A program made the position numbers and the translations under genes. DNA of 60,000 bases, from the NCBI GenBank assembly GCA_038087875.1, contig CM075997.1:5644001-5704000 (forward strand), in the 5' to 3' direction. Source of the stretch: Malacoraja senta. Lineage: Eukaryota. The notes under the pieces are model-generated. The model saw nothing but the letters and a program-made list of their open reading frames with translations. It was not told the origin of the DNA and did not search any database. Below are positions 36,431 to 49,285 of the stretch, piece by piece. Position 1 is the first letter of the stretch; every line of letters starts with the position of its first letter.

Positions 36431-36590
36431 GAGAATCAATGTGAGGTGGGTAGGGTGATGAATAGATTTGGGGGGGGGTAGATGGGGAGGGGAGCACAGG
36501 GGATGTCAGTGAGAACTGAGTAGAGGAGGGAATGGGGATCAGTGCGGGATGGAGAGGAGGGGTCCCAGGATAAGGGGTGGAGGCGGGCGT

Positions 36591-36628
<38 letters not shown>

Positions 36629-38477
36629 CTGGGGGGGGGGGGAGGGGGGGGGGGCAGAGGAGGTGGGAATGAAGGTCAGCGCTCCTCAGACAACATCACC
36701 CCGCTGCCTTGGCCGTCCCTGTCCAACGTCAAAGTGCCGCCGCGTTGGGATCTCCTCGCCACCGCTTCCCCTGCTCCGCCAGCCGACAGCAAGGTGCGGG
36801 ACCGAGCGATACAGCTCAAAGATCCTATAACTACACTTCAGACGGCGGAAGGAGACCTCCGCCTCCCTCTCTCTTTCCCTCCCTCCTCCCGGCCTCGGCG
36901 TACGAGAGGGGTTGTTTTGAAAGCGCGTTGGCGGATTTGCAAGCACTAAGTGGCCATTATCAGAGCGATAGTGGTCGTTGCTTGCAAATCCGCCAACGGC
37001 GCTTTCAAAACAACCCCTCTTGCACGCCGGAGAGAGAGAGGGAGGCCTCCTTCCGCCGGGCGGGGTGCGGAAGGAGGAGGCGGTGGAGCCGCTGTCGCGG
37101 CCGCTGCTGCTGCTGTTGCCGCTGTTCGGGGCCCGTCATTCGCTCCGACCCTTCGTCACCCTGCATCTAGTATCTTTGCCCCGCACAGCCGCCCCCGACA
37201 CGAAACGTCACGTTCCTATTCTCCAGAGATGCCGCCTGACCCGCGGAGTTACTCCAGTTTTTTGTGTCTATCGGTATAAACCAGTATTTGATTGCCAAGC
37301 CGGGCAAAATGACTCGGTGTTTAGGTTGCCCGGTGGCACTTTGAGTGGTCAATGGCACCCGGGCAACCGCTAATTTCGAGCCCTGACTACCAGTACATAG
37401 TTCCCTGAAAGTGGCATCACATGTCAATAAGGTGGTAAAGAATGCTTTTGGTTTTTGACCTTCATCAGTCAGGGTATTGAGTGTAGAAGATGGGATAGAC
37501 ACAAAAAGCTGGAGTAACTCAATGGGGCAGGCAGCATCTCTAGAGAGAAAGAATGGGAAGGAACGTCACCCATAGAAGGTGGGATGTTATTTTACAGTTG
37601 TACAAAATGTTGGTGAGGCTGAATTTGGAGTATTGTCTTCAGTTTTCAACACCCTGCAAAAGGGAGGATGTAATTAAGCTGGAAAGAGTGCAGTGAAGAT
37701 TGTCAAGGACATTCATTCCCCAAATGGTCCACGTGATTTTTAATGTTCTGTAAAGCCACATAATATGCGCTTGAGTTAAGAAGCACAATTTGTTAAAAAA
37801 ATGTTGATTTATTCAGTTTTATTCCACCATATCTCAAATTCTTGGGAAGTAAACTGGATTCTGTAAGGGCAAATTTCTGTAACCCAAGTGGCTGTAACAC
37901 AGGACTTGCCTCTATTTATTAAACCTGGAGAGTTACTGCATCCACCGTGCTCTTAGACAGTGCATTCCAAATTCAAACCACCCTCTCGAAAAAAAATCCT
38001 TGTAAGCCCTTTCCCCTCTACTTCTTCCTTCTTGTGAATGCACTTTGCTTTTAGATGCCAAAACCATTGCTAAAGGTTTACTACTAGCCTTATCATATGC
38101 CTTGCCAAAGTCCATGCAGACTATGTTGTTCTCTGATTTTATCCAGTAACGTTTGGACCATCGACAAAAGACTTATTGCCCTCTAATTATCTTGACTGAT
38201 GCTTGCCACTGGCTAATGAAGATTAAAAAAATATCAGGGCCATAGCTTTTTTCAGCCTTCCCCAGCATGGGGATAGAGCCACCTTTATGTATTAAAAGTA
38301 GGTATTAGATGCAAAGACAACTTAATGAAAACATGCACTAGAATATCTATTTCCTTCCCTCAAGTTCTAGCTACGATGTTTCTCTCCTAAGTGAATACAG
38401 AAGGGAAGTATTCATATGATGGCCCACTCAATCTCTGGTTACCCTCTTGATCTTAATATAATCAAGCCAATGGGCAA

Positions 38478-39060
38478 TAGACAATAGGTGCAGGAGTAGG
38501 CCATTTGGCCCTTCGAGCCAGCACCGCCATTCAATGTGATCATGCCTGATCATCTCCAATCAGTACCCCATTCCTGCCTTCTCCCCATAACCCCTTGACT
38601 CCGATATTTTTAAGAGCCCTCTCTCGCTCTCTCTTGAAAGCATCCAGAGAACCTGCCTCCACCGCCCTCTGAGGCAGAGAATTCCACAGACTCACCACTC
38701 TCTGTGAGAAAAAGTGTTTCCTCGTCTCCGTTCTAAATGGCTTACTCCTTATTCTTAAACAGTGGCCTGGTTCTGGACTCCCCCAACATCGGGAACATGT
38801 TTCCTGCCTCTAGCGTGTCCAAGCCCTTAACAATCTTATATGTTTCAATGAGATACCCTCTCATCCTTCTAAACTCCATAGTTTACAAGCCCAGCTGCTC
38901 CATTCTCTCAGCATATGACAGTCCCACCATCCCGGGAATTAACCTTGTAAACCTACGCTGCGCTCCCTCAATAGCAAGAGTGTCCTTCCTCAAATTAGGG
39001 GACCAAAACTGCACACAATACTCCAGGTGTGGTCTCACTAGGGCTCTGTACAACTGCAGA
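38478..39060 (-). mobile_element. CR1 3' fragment (different subfamily, TATTGTC-type tail)
   Basis: GGCAATAGACAATAGGTGCAGGAGTAGGCC start, followed by the reverse complement of the CR1 ORF2 C-terminus. Confidence 0.88.
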
Positions 39061-41121
39061 AGCCCACAATGTTCCTTGAAATCCAGGGTTCCCTGAACTT
39101 GTTGTTACTTGTACTTTACATATACCCTTTTGGCAATATGCTGGTTCTGAACGTTTTGCTTTTAAAACACTTCAACTTGTCATTGAACTGTACAGCATGG
39201 AAACAGGCCCTTTAGTCCACTTTGTCCATGCAAACCAAGATGACCCACTGGCCGGTTGCATTTGGCCCAGAGCCTTTTAAACCTTTCCTATCCCTATATC
39301 TGTCAAAATGTCTCTTAAAGATCATAATTATTCACTTCTGTAGCTTCCTCTTGCAGCTCATTCCTGGTGTAGACTAAAAACGTTGTTTCTGAGATCCCTC
39401 TTAAATCTCTCCCCTATCTACTCTTTTGCACCCTTTCCAGCTTAATGATGTCCTTGCTGTAGCTGAACGACAAGAAGTACATGGTGTACTCCAATTGTGG
39501 TTTCACCAACTGCTTCTACAACAGCGTCATGTCACAATCTTTCTACTCTATACTGTTCAATGGTTCTTATATGTCAGGTATGCACTGCACAGTGAAATTC
39601 TTTTTGCATAGCTCTTACATGCAGAAATTGTCATATTTTGGTGCCATTTACAAAAGAAAAAGTCCAAAGTCCGGTTCGTATGCTGGATGTACAGGAGTGC
39701 CCCCGGTCCAGGTAAGTCCAAAGCTGCTGCAGGGCGTGCTCAGCCACGCTCGACCAGCTCGGCATGAGAACCAATGTCCCTCTCCTTGCCCGAGTGCATT
39801 TATGTCTCGGGTAGCCTCCTGATGACTCCTTGAAGGTGCAGGAGGCAATAGCCTCCTCCTTCTCATACGGGCCCTCTCCTCACATCTATCGTTACCAGTG
39901 GCTCTCTCCTCCTCTACTCTCCGGTCTTTAGGGCCCAGCTCGGTGGCTTTCGAGATTCCTCTGCAGGCAACGGCATGCCGGGTCCTCCTTTGCGGCGCGA
40001 ACCAGGCCTACTGCTGCAAGTAGGTCTATGTTCGCAGTGGCCTATCCTTGCAGCGCATCCTGGGAGTTTTCTGCCAACTCTGCAATTGGATCTTTGACTT
40101 CCTTTCACAGATGAAGATGGTTGTGCTCGGTGCACATCAATGACTCCAGTTCTGAGACATCACTGCAAGAATTCTTCACGGCCGTGTCCTAGAACCATCC
40201 ATCATTAAATACTTCAATGACCTTCCAGAAGTTGGGACATTCAATTGCATTCACAACTTCTCAGACAATGAAGCAATCCATTTCCAGGCCTGGTGGTTCA
40301 AGGCAGTGTTAGAAAAGTGTCATAAGGGCACTCTGAACTTGCCTTCAAAAGTCTGATCACGTATATATTTTCTAAGCATGCAAAGATAGTGTTGCAGCAG
40401 CAGTGACCGCCGCTGGCCTTGTTTACAGCATTAACTGGGCAGGATCAGCATGCATATTTTGGGCTTCATTGAAGGCAAGCCTGCGAAGGATCTCTTCACC
40501 GACCTGTTTACCTGGCTCACCACTTTCATCTGTATACCCAGAACCCTCCTATTCTGCATCACTCTCCAAGGTTCCACCATTTACTGTGTAATTCTTGTCC
40601 TGGTTTGACCTACCAAAGTACAACTCCTCACATTTTATGTGCCATTATGTGTTAAATTTTATGTACCATTCTATGGCCCACATTCTTAACTGATGTATTT
40701 TTCTAAAGAAAGAACTGCAGATGCTGGAAAAATCGAAGGTAGACAAAAATGCTGGAGAAACTCAGCAGGTGAGGCAGCATCTATGGAGCGAAGGAATAGG
40801 TGACGTTTCGGGTCGAGACCCTTCTTCAAACTGATGTGGGGGTGGGGGGGGGGTGCTGGAAGAAGAAAGAAAGAGGCAGAGACAGTGGGCTGTGGGAGAG
40901 CTGGGGAGGGGAAGGAGGGAGAAAGCAAGGACGACCTGAAATTGGAGAAGTCAATGTTCATACCGCTGGGGTGTAAACTACCCAAGCAAAATATGAGGTG
41001 CTGCTCCTCCAGTTTGCGGTGGGACTCACTCTGGCCATGGAGGAGGCCCAGGATAGAAAGGTTGGATTCGGAATGGGAGGGGGAGTTGAAGTGCTGAGCC
41101 ACCGGGAGATCAGGTTGGTTA

Positions 41122-41946
41122 AGGGACCGTATTGGGAACCTGGAGCAGCAGCTCGATGACCTCCGTCTGGTCAGGGAGAGTGAGGAGGTCATAGAGAGGA
41201 GTTATAGAGAGGTGGTCACTCCAAAACCACGGCAGACAGACAAGTGGGTCACAGTTAGGAGGGGCAAGGGGCAGAGGCAGGGACTAGAGAGTACCCCGGT
41301 GGCTGTACACCTTGACAATAAGTACTCCTGTTTGAGTACTGTTGGGGGGGACAGCCTACAGGGGGACAGCGACAGCGGCCGGGCCTCCGGTACAGAGACC
41401 AGCCCTGTTGCTCAGAGGGGTAAGGAAAAGAAGAGGAGGGCAGTAGTAATAGGGGACTCTATAGTTAGGGGGTCAGACAGGCGATTCTGGGGACGCAGTT
41501 GGGAGATCCGGATGGTAGTTTTCCTCCCTGGTGCCAGGGTCTGGGATGTGTCTGAACGTGTCCAAGATATCCTGAACTGGGAGGGAGAGGAGCCCGAGGT
41601 CGTGGTACATATAGGTACCAATGACATAGGTAGAAAAAGGGAAGAGGTCCTGAAAGGAGAATTTAGGGAGTTAGGAAGAGAGTTATCGAAAAGGACCGCA
41701 AAGGTAACAATCTCAGGATTACTGCCTGTGCCACGCGCCAGTGAGAGTAGGAATGGAGCGAGGTGGAGGATAAATGCGTGGCTGAAGGACTGGTGCAGTG
41801 GGCAGGGATTCAAATTTCTGTATCATTGGAACCTCTTTTGGGGAAGGTGTGACCTGTACAAAAAGGACGGGTTGCACTTGAACCCGAGGGAGACCAATAT
41901 CCTGGCGGGGAGATTTGCAAAGGCTACTGGGGAGACTTTAAACTAG
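41122..41946 (+). pseudogene. CR1 ORF1p (coiled coil + SGNH/GDSL esterase-like domain), N-terminally truncated but open
   Basis: LEQQLDDLRL heptads; motifs VIGDSIVRG, VHIGTND, DGLHLN. Confidence 0.88.
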
Positions 41947-44636
41947 AACGGTTGGGGGGAGGGACTCAAATAGAGAAAGCTAGTAGACAGTGTGTGAGGC
42001 AGGAGGCAGAGAAGGGAAGCACTCAGACCCAACATGTAGGGGGGAGAGAAGAAAAAGATAATAAACAGAGAATAAGAGGTGGTGGGTTTCTTAAATGTGT
42101 GAGCAGAGAGACAAAGGGGTGTAAAATGAAGGTAGAAGCAATAGGTAGCAAGGTGAAAAGTAAAAGTGGTAGGCAGACAAATCCAGGGCAAAAATCAAAA
42201 AGGGCCACTTTTCAACATAATTGTATAAGGGCTAAGAGTGTTGTAAAAACAAGCCTGAAGGCTTTGTGTCTCAATGCAAGGAGCATTCGTAATAAGGTGG
42301 ATGAGTTGAATGTGCAGATAGCTATTAATGACTATGATATAGTTGGGATCACGGAGACATGGCTACAGGGTGACCAAGGCTGGGAGCTGAACATCCAGGG
42401 ACATTCAATATTCAGGAGGGATAGACAGAAAGGAAAAGGAGGTGGGGTAGCGTTGCTGGTTAGAGAGGAGATTAACGCAATAGAAAGGAAGGACATTAGC
42501 TTGGAGGATGTGGAATCGATTTGGGTAGTGCTGCGAAACACTAAGGGGCAGAAAACGCTAGTGGGAGTTGTGTACAGGCCACCTAACAGTAGTAGTGTAG
42601 TTGGGGATGGCATCAAACAGGAAATTAGAAATGCGTGCAACAAAGGTAAAACAGTTATAATGGGTGACTTCAATCTACATAGATTGGGTGAATCAAATTG
42701 GCAGGGGTGCTGAGGAAGAGGATTTCTTGGAATGTATGCTAAATCAACATGTAGAGGAACCAACGAGAGAGCAGGCTATTCTAGACTGGGTATTGAGTAA
42801 TGAGGAAGGGTTAGATAGCAGTCTTGTTGTGCATGGCCCCTTGGGCAAGAGTGACCATAATATGGTTGAGTTCTTCATTAGGATGGAGAATGACATAATT
42901 AATTCAGAATCAAGGGTTCTGAACTTAAAGAAAGGTAACTTTGTGGGTATGAGACGTGAATTGGGCAAGATAGACTGGCAATTGATTCTTAAAGGGTTGA
43001 CAGTGGATATGCAATGGACGGCATTTAAAGGCTGCATGGATGAACTACAACAATTGTTCATCCCAGTTTGGCAAAAGAATAAATCAGGGAAGGTAGTGCA
43101 TCCGTGGATAACAAGGGAAATCAGGGATAGTATCAAAACAAAAGATGAAGCATACAAATTAGCCACAAAAAGCAGCCTCCCAGAGGACTGGGAGAAATTC
43201 AGAGTCCACAGAGGAGGACAAAGGATTTAATTAGGAAAGGGAAAATAGATTATGAAAGAAAACTGGCAGGAAACATAAAAACTGACTGCAAAAGTTTTTA
43301 TAGATATGTGAAGAGAAAAAGATTAGTTAAAACAAATGTAGGTCCCTTGCAGTCAGAAACAGGTGAATTGATCACGGGGAACAAGGACATGGCAGACCAA
43401 TTGAATAACTACTTTGGTTCTGTCTTCACTAAGATAGACTTAATTAATCTGTGGAAATAGCAGGAACCGGGGGTCAAATGAGATGGAGGAACTGAGTGAA
43501 ATCCAGGTTAGCCGGGAAGTGCTGTTAGGTAAATTGAATGGATTAAAGGCCGATAGATCCCCAGGGCCAGATAGGCTGCATCCAAGAGAAGTACTACAAG
43601 GAAGTAGCCCCAGAAATAGTGGATGCATTAGTGACAATTTTTCAAAACATTAAATTCTGGAGTAGTTCCTGAGGATTGGAGGGTAATGATTTGGACGAGG
43701 GAATTGAATGCAACATCTCCAAGTTTGCGAATGACACGAAGCTGGGGAGCAGTGTTAGCTGTGAGGAGCGTGCTAGGAGGCTGCAAGATGACTTGGATAG
43801 GCTGGATGAGTGGGCAAATGTATGGCAGATGCAGTATAATGTGGATAAATGTGAGGTTATCCACTTTGGTGGCAAAAACAGGAAAGTAGGCTATTACCTG
43901 AATGGTGGCCGATTAGGAAAAGGGGAGATGCAACGAGACCTGGGTGTCATGGTACACCAGTCATTGAAAGTAGGCATGCAGGTGCAGCAGGCAGTGAAGA
44001 AAGCGAATGGTATGTTAGCATTCATAGCAAAATGATTTGAGTATAGGAGCAGGGAGGTTCTATTGCAGTTGTACAGGGTCTTGGTGAGACCACACAGTTT
44101 TGGTCTCCTAATCTGAGGAAGGACATTCTTGCCATAGAGGGAGTACAGAGAAGGTTCACCAGACTGATTCCTGGGATGTCAGGACTTTCATATGAAGAAA
44201 GACTGGATAGACTCGGCTTGTACTCGCTAGAATTTAGAAGTTTGAGGGGGGATCTTGTAGAAACGTACAAAATTCTTAAGGGGTTGGACAGGCTAGATGC
44301 AGGAATATTGTTCCCGATGTTGGGGAAGTCCAGAACAAGGGGTCACAGTTTAAGGATAAAGGGGAAATCTTTTATGACTGAGATGAGAAAAACATTTTTT
44401 ACACAGAGAGTGGTGAATCTCTGGAATTCTCTGCCATAGAATGTAGTTGAGGCCAGTTCATTGGCTATATTTAAGAGGGAGTTAGATGTGGCCCTTGTGG
44501 CTAAAGGGATCAGGGGGTATGGAGAGAAAGCAGGTACAGGATACTGAGTTGGATGATCAGCCATGATCATATTGAATGGCTCGAAGGGCTGAATGGCCTA
44601 CTCCTGCACCTATTTTCTATGTTTCTATGTTTCTAT
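41123..44636 (+). mobile_element. 5'-truncated CR1 LINE with ORF1 and an internally deleted ORF2
   Basis: Highly similar to 17682-21195 but lacks ~480 bp of RT (junction near 43685). Tail (TTTCTATG)3; flanked by GTTAA (41118-41122, 44637-44641). Confidence 0.96.
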
Positions 44637-46068
44637 GTTAATGCAAACTGAGCGGAGGTGTTGGCCTGTGCTTGGTCTCACCGATGTAGAGCAGTTGGCA
44701 CCAAGAACAGCGAATGCAATAGATGAGGTTGGAGGAGGTGCAGGTGTACCTCTGCCTCACCTGGAAAGACTGCTTGGGTCCTTGGATGGATTCGAGGGGG
44801 GAGGTCAAGCGACAAGTGTAGCATTTCCTGGGGTTGCGAGGGAAAGTCCAGGGGAGTGGGTGGTTTGGGTGGGAAGGGACGAATTGACCAGAGAGTTACG
44901 GAGGGAGTGGTCTCTACGGAAAGCAGACTGGAGGAGATGGGAAGATGTGGTCAGTGGTGGGATCCCGTTGGAGGTGGAGAAAATGTCGGAGGATTATCTA
45001 TTGCATGTGACGGCTGGTAGGGTGGAAGGTGAGGATAAGGGGGACTCTGTCCTTGTTACGAGTGGGGGGATGGGGAGTGAGAGCGGAGCTACGGGATATA
45101 GAGGAGACCCTGGTGAGAGCCTTATCTATAATCGAAGAGGGGAACTCCCGTTCCCTAAAGAATGAGGACATCTCCGATGCCCTGGTTTGGAACTCCTCAT
45201 CCTGGGTGTAGATGCGGCGTAGACGGAGGAATTGGTAGTAGGGGATAGAGTTCTGACTGGAAGCAGGGTGGGAAGAAGTGAACTCCAGATAGCCATGGCA
45301 GTCTGTGGGTTTGTAGTAGCTGTCGGTCAGAAGTCTGTTACCTGCGATGGAGATAGTGAGGTCTAGAAACAGTACGGAGATGTCGGAAATGGTTCAGGTG
45401 AATTTGAGTGTCGGATGGAAGTTAGTTGTGAAATGGATGAAGTCAGTGAGTACTGCATGGGTGCAGGAGGTATCTTGTTCTGAACTTGTATATTCCTCCT
45501 CACTGTCTATTATTGTTGGTTCTATATTTACCTGCAAATAGTGACTCCAAATCTGTATTTGCTAGGTTCTGAAGAGTGATGTTGAAATCTGTCTTTCCCT
45601 TGATTTATAATCTTAATTTATCCCTTACTATAATTTCCTTGACATATATAATGTGGACATTATGTTTGGATTCTTCACTGTAATAAAGAGTACATGTGAA
45701 CGTAGAATGCAGGACACTAGGATGGAAGAAGTGTACATGAATCACTGTTTCTATTCTTGATGGTACAAAGGGAAAAGATGAAAGCACATGAGCTGTAGCT
45801 TCTCAATTTTGTGGGAGAGTACCTTAAAAAGGAGTAAGTTGTCAGTTAAAATGCCTTGAAGCTTTTAAAGGATGTACCACACATCTAATGGCCATCTTCC
45901 TGCTGCCATGAACTATTGGGGTTTATTGAATGTATGTATCAATCATGGGGTGTGGGGAAGGTGTGAAAGTTTGAAGGTGGTCATGTAACTGGACATGCTG
46001 GTAAAGAATATTGCCCTCAAGAGGCATGTTCATTGTGACAAGGGGTCACAATGATTCTTCAGGATTTA

Positions 46069-46697
46069 TGTTATTGTCAGGATGTTTCCAAGGAAGTCCT
46101 GGATATCTCCAGGACCGCACTGTTCAAGGGCAAGCTTTTCTAGTAGATAAAACTCCTATGCATGCCTGCAACCCCCGTGCATGCATGGACTTTATTAGGT
46201 CGTTAAAGGCACAATACACATATCATAACATCCCCTCTTTTTCCAAAAGAGAAAAATGTACAGCTGTACAATGTATGCTCTCTTGGCATATATCTGTCCA
46301 AGTGAGGAAAGAACACTTTTTCTAAAGTAAAATGTCCTTTCCTTCTCATTATCTTATTTACATAAACTTGGTTATCATTCTTGCAACCCCATACAGACAT
46401 CACAATCGATGAGAACAAAATCAATGGGTCACATAGTCTCCGAAATACTTACGCGGTCTCGCAACTCGAGCTGAGTGAGTTCTCACTGTTTCGTTTATGT
46501 CAATATCCTTGTTTTTGCCAGCTCGCTCAGTAGCTGTTTTCTTTTCAGTAGGCGCTGGCTGCTGTTTCAACGCCTGTGTCGTGTCAGTTGTGATCGGTGA
46601 AGTAGATTCGCCCTGGTCTTTGATGGTCTGGCCGCACTTCGCGTGTTGACGTGCGACTAGCTCGTCTGGTGGATTTTCACATGTCTTGCGGAGTTTG
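46069..46697 (-). mobile_element. Gypsy-type LTR retrotransposon 3' remnant (pol tail, PPT, 162-bp LTR)
   Basis: Minus strand: ...VRTHSARVARPRKYFGDYVTH* (typical post-integrase tail). PPT GGAAAAAGAGGGGA abuts TGTTATG at 46230. The LTR ends AATAACA at 46069 and contains AATAAA. Confidence 0.72.
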
Positions 46698-46699
46698 TG

Positions 46700-47565
46700 G
46701 AGCTTCTCAAGTTTGTGGACGACACAACCCTGATTGGACTGATCCAGGATGGGGAGGAATCTGCCTACAGACATGAAGTGACACAGCTGGCGTCCTGGTG
46801 CCATCGCAACAGCCTGGTGCTCAATGCTCTTAAGACAGTGGAATTGATTGTAGACTTTAGGAGAGCTCCCCCATCACCCCACTCACCATCAACAACACCA
46901 CAGTCACATCTGTGGAGTCTTTTAAGTTCCTGGGAACCATCATCTCCAAGGACCTTAAATGGGGAGCCACCATCGACTCCACAGTCAAAAAGGCACAACA
47001 GAGGATGTACTTCCGGCGGCAGCTGAGGAAGCACAATCTGCCACAGGCAATGATGGTCCAATTTTATACGGCCATCATAGAGTCTGTCCTCGCCTTCTCC
47101 ACCATGATCTGGTTTGGCTCAGCCACCAAGCATGACATCCGGAGGCTGCAGTGAATTGTCCGATCAGCTGAGAAGGTTATTGGATGCAACCTTCCCTCTA
47201 TTGATGAACTGTACACTGCAAGGGCCAGGAAGTGAGCGGGTAAGATCAACTCTGACCTCTCTCACCCTGGCCACAAACTCTTTGAATCACTTCCCTCTGG
47301 AAGGCGACTCTGGACTGTCAAAGCTGCCACAGCCCGACATAAAAACAGCTTTTTTCCACGAGTAGTAGCTCTACTCAATAACCAAAAATCTGTAGCCTCC
47401 TTTTGCTCCGGTATTTTGTTTAATTCACATGTTTAATCAATAATGTTTAATTATTAATGTTTAATGTTTTATGTGTCATTCCTAACTGTCACTATGTCAT
47501 GTTGTCACTTGCGGGTGGAGCACGAATGCAAATTCCTTGTATGTGAATACTTGGCCAATAAACCT
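46700..47565 (+). mobile_element. Rex1/Babar LINE 3' fragment
   Basis: LLKFVDDTTLIGLI...KTVELIVDFRR and FKFLGTIISKDLKW...FYTAIIESVL; 3' UTR ends CTTGGCCAATAAA. Confidence 0.9.
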
Positions 47566-48039
47566 TCGTTCCAATCGGTGGTCCAATGTAAAAGTTAGCG
47601 AGGTTTAAAAATCTTTAAAAACGCACGCGAGCAGATCGATCTCCTCTCCTGCCGTTCAGCGCCAAGTGAATTGGTCTTTTCTCCTGTCACTCCGCGGGAC
47701 GGTCTGCCCCTTTCTGCGCCATCGCATCTTTATTGGAGCTGAGGATGGCCGGCGGAGGATTGCAACCGGACATTGAATTTTGGAGGGACCCAGAAACGGC
47801 CCAGCCCTGTACAGGAAATGTTGCGAAACGGAAAGCGGAGAATCTGATCCAGACGGAGGATAGAGACCAGCGGCCGCTGTGAGTCCGCTTCGCACCATCA
47901 GCTCCAGCCCCTACCCCTCTGGTCCCCCTTGCCGGGTCCTGCCCCCACCCCCTCTCCCCCACAACCTCGTCTTTTCACCGAACACTCTCTACGCCCCACG
48001 CCTCTCCCGCCCACGCCTCTCCCGCCCACGCCCCTCCCC

Positions 48040-49130
48040 CGCCCGCCCAAGCAGGACGCTTCCCCCTCCCCACCAGCCCCCACCTAAAGCCGTCCCCCTC
48101 CCCTGGCTGTAGTACGCTCCCACCCCCACCGGCCCTCGACAGCCCCCGCCTGAGGACGCCCGCCTCCGCTGGCTGCAGGAGGCTCCCCACTGGCCCCGTC
48201 AGCCCCCTCCTGAAGCCATCCCCCTCCCAAGCTGCAGGACACTCCCTGCCAGAAGCCGTCCCCGTCCCACGGCTACAGAATGCTCCCGCTGGCCCCCGCC
48301 TGAAGCCGCCCCCCTCCTCCAGCTACAGGATGCTCTCGCTGGTCCACGCCTGAAATCGTCCCCAGCTGCAGGACGCCCTCCCCCCACTGGCCCCCGCCTG
48401 AAGCCGTCCCCATCCCCAGCTGTAGGATGCTCCACACCGGTCCCCGCCTGAAGCTGGTGGGGAGTGGCAGCAGTAGGCCATGGCAGCAGTAGGCCACGAC
48501 AGCGATAGGCAGCGGCACGGTTGGCCACAACAGCGATAGGCCACTGTAGTCCCCGCCTGAAGCCCTCCCCATCCCCCTCCCCCGGCTGCAGGGCACTCCC
48601 CCCCCCCCCCCTCCACCAGCACATGACAGCCCCCGCGTGAAGCCGTTCCCCTGCCCCGACTGCAGGACACTCCCCCCACTGGCCCCGACAGCCCCCGCCT
48701 GAAGCCGTCCCCCTCGCCCGGCTGCAGGACGTTCTCTCTCTCTCTCCCCCCCCCCCCCCCATAGGCCCCTGCCTGAAGCCGTCTCCCTCCCCGGCTGTAG
48801 AACGCTTCCTCCCCCCGGCCCCAGACAGCCCCCTTCTGACGCTGTCCCCCTCCCCCGCTGCAGGACACTTCCCCCCCCCCCCACCGGCCCCGCCTGAAGC
48901 CGTCCCGTCCCCAGCTGCAGGATGCTCAGCACCGATACCTGCATTAAGCCGGTGGGCAGTGGCAGCGGTAGGCCATTGCAGGGGTAGGCTGCGGTAATCT
49001 ATGGCAGTGGGCAGAGGCAGCGGTGGGCAGAGGCAGCGGTAGGTCACGGCAGCGCTCCCCCCCCCCCCTCCCCACCGGCCCCCGACAGGCCCCACTTGAA
49101 GCCGTCCACCACCCCAGCTGCAGGACTCTC
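48040..49130. repeat. GC-rich degenerate minisatellite, same family as 22370-22925
   Basis: About 15 degenerate units of CCCCCGCCTGAAGCCGTCCCC...GGCTGCAGGA plus shared GGCAGCAGTAGGCCATGGCAG blocks. Confidence 0.82.
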
Positions 49131-49133
49131 CCT

Positions 49134-49285
49134 GGCGTTTGGGGTCTATTCCTTTCTTCAGAGTGAGAGACACAGATGTCTTTAGTTTCTCTCTCCTCTC
49201 ACTCTCAAACTGAAGAAGGGTCTGGACCCGAAACGTTGCCTATCCATTTTCTCCAGAAATGCTGCTTGACCCAGCAAGTGTATCT
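49134..49285. mobile_element. Penelope-terminus-derived element with short inverted 5' arm
   Basis: CTGAAGAAGGGTCTGGACCCGAAACGTTG at 49210, with a degenerate inverted copy at 49134-49161. Confidence 0.65.

Larger units (their letters stand above)
34771..37385. mobile_element. Probable non-autonomous hAT-like element with eroded left end, inserted in a CR1
   Basis: Right end GCTAATTTCGAGCCCTG. Both ends share GCCGGGCAA/TTTAGGTTGCC subterminal motifs. CR1 sequence stops at 34771 and resumes near 37391. Confidence 0.55.
40706..45471 (-). mobile_element. Penelope-like element (RT thumb, GIY-YIG endonuclease and 3' terminal region), split by a CR1 at 41123-44636
   Basis: Minus strand 45470-44642 reads LFLDL...YYKPTD...SSHP...QFLRLRR...NLIYCIRCSWCQLLYIGETK. 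41120-40935 continues LNQPDLPVAQHFNSPSH...EQHLIFCLGSLHPSGMNIDF. The 3' terminus carries the hammerhead-like motif. Confidence 0.92.

Noticed and set aside
44593..45165. 190-aa + strand ORF
   Set aside because: Antisense shadow of the Penelope ORF on the minus strand, starting in a CR1 tail.
48199..49173. 324-aa Gly/Arg-rich ORF and overlapping ORFs (likewise 22192-22970)
   Set aside because: GC-rich minisatellite open in several frames, with no domain motifs.
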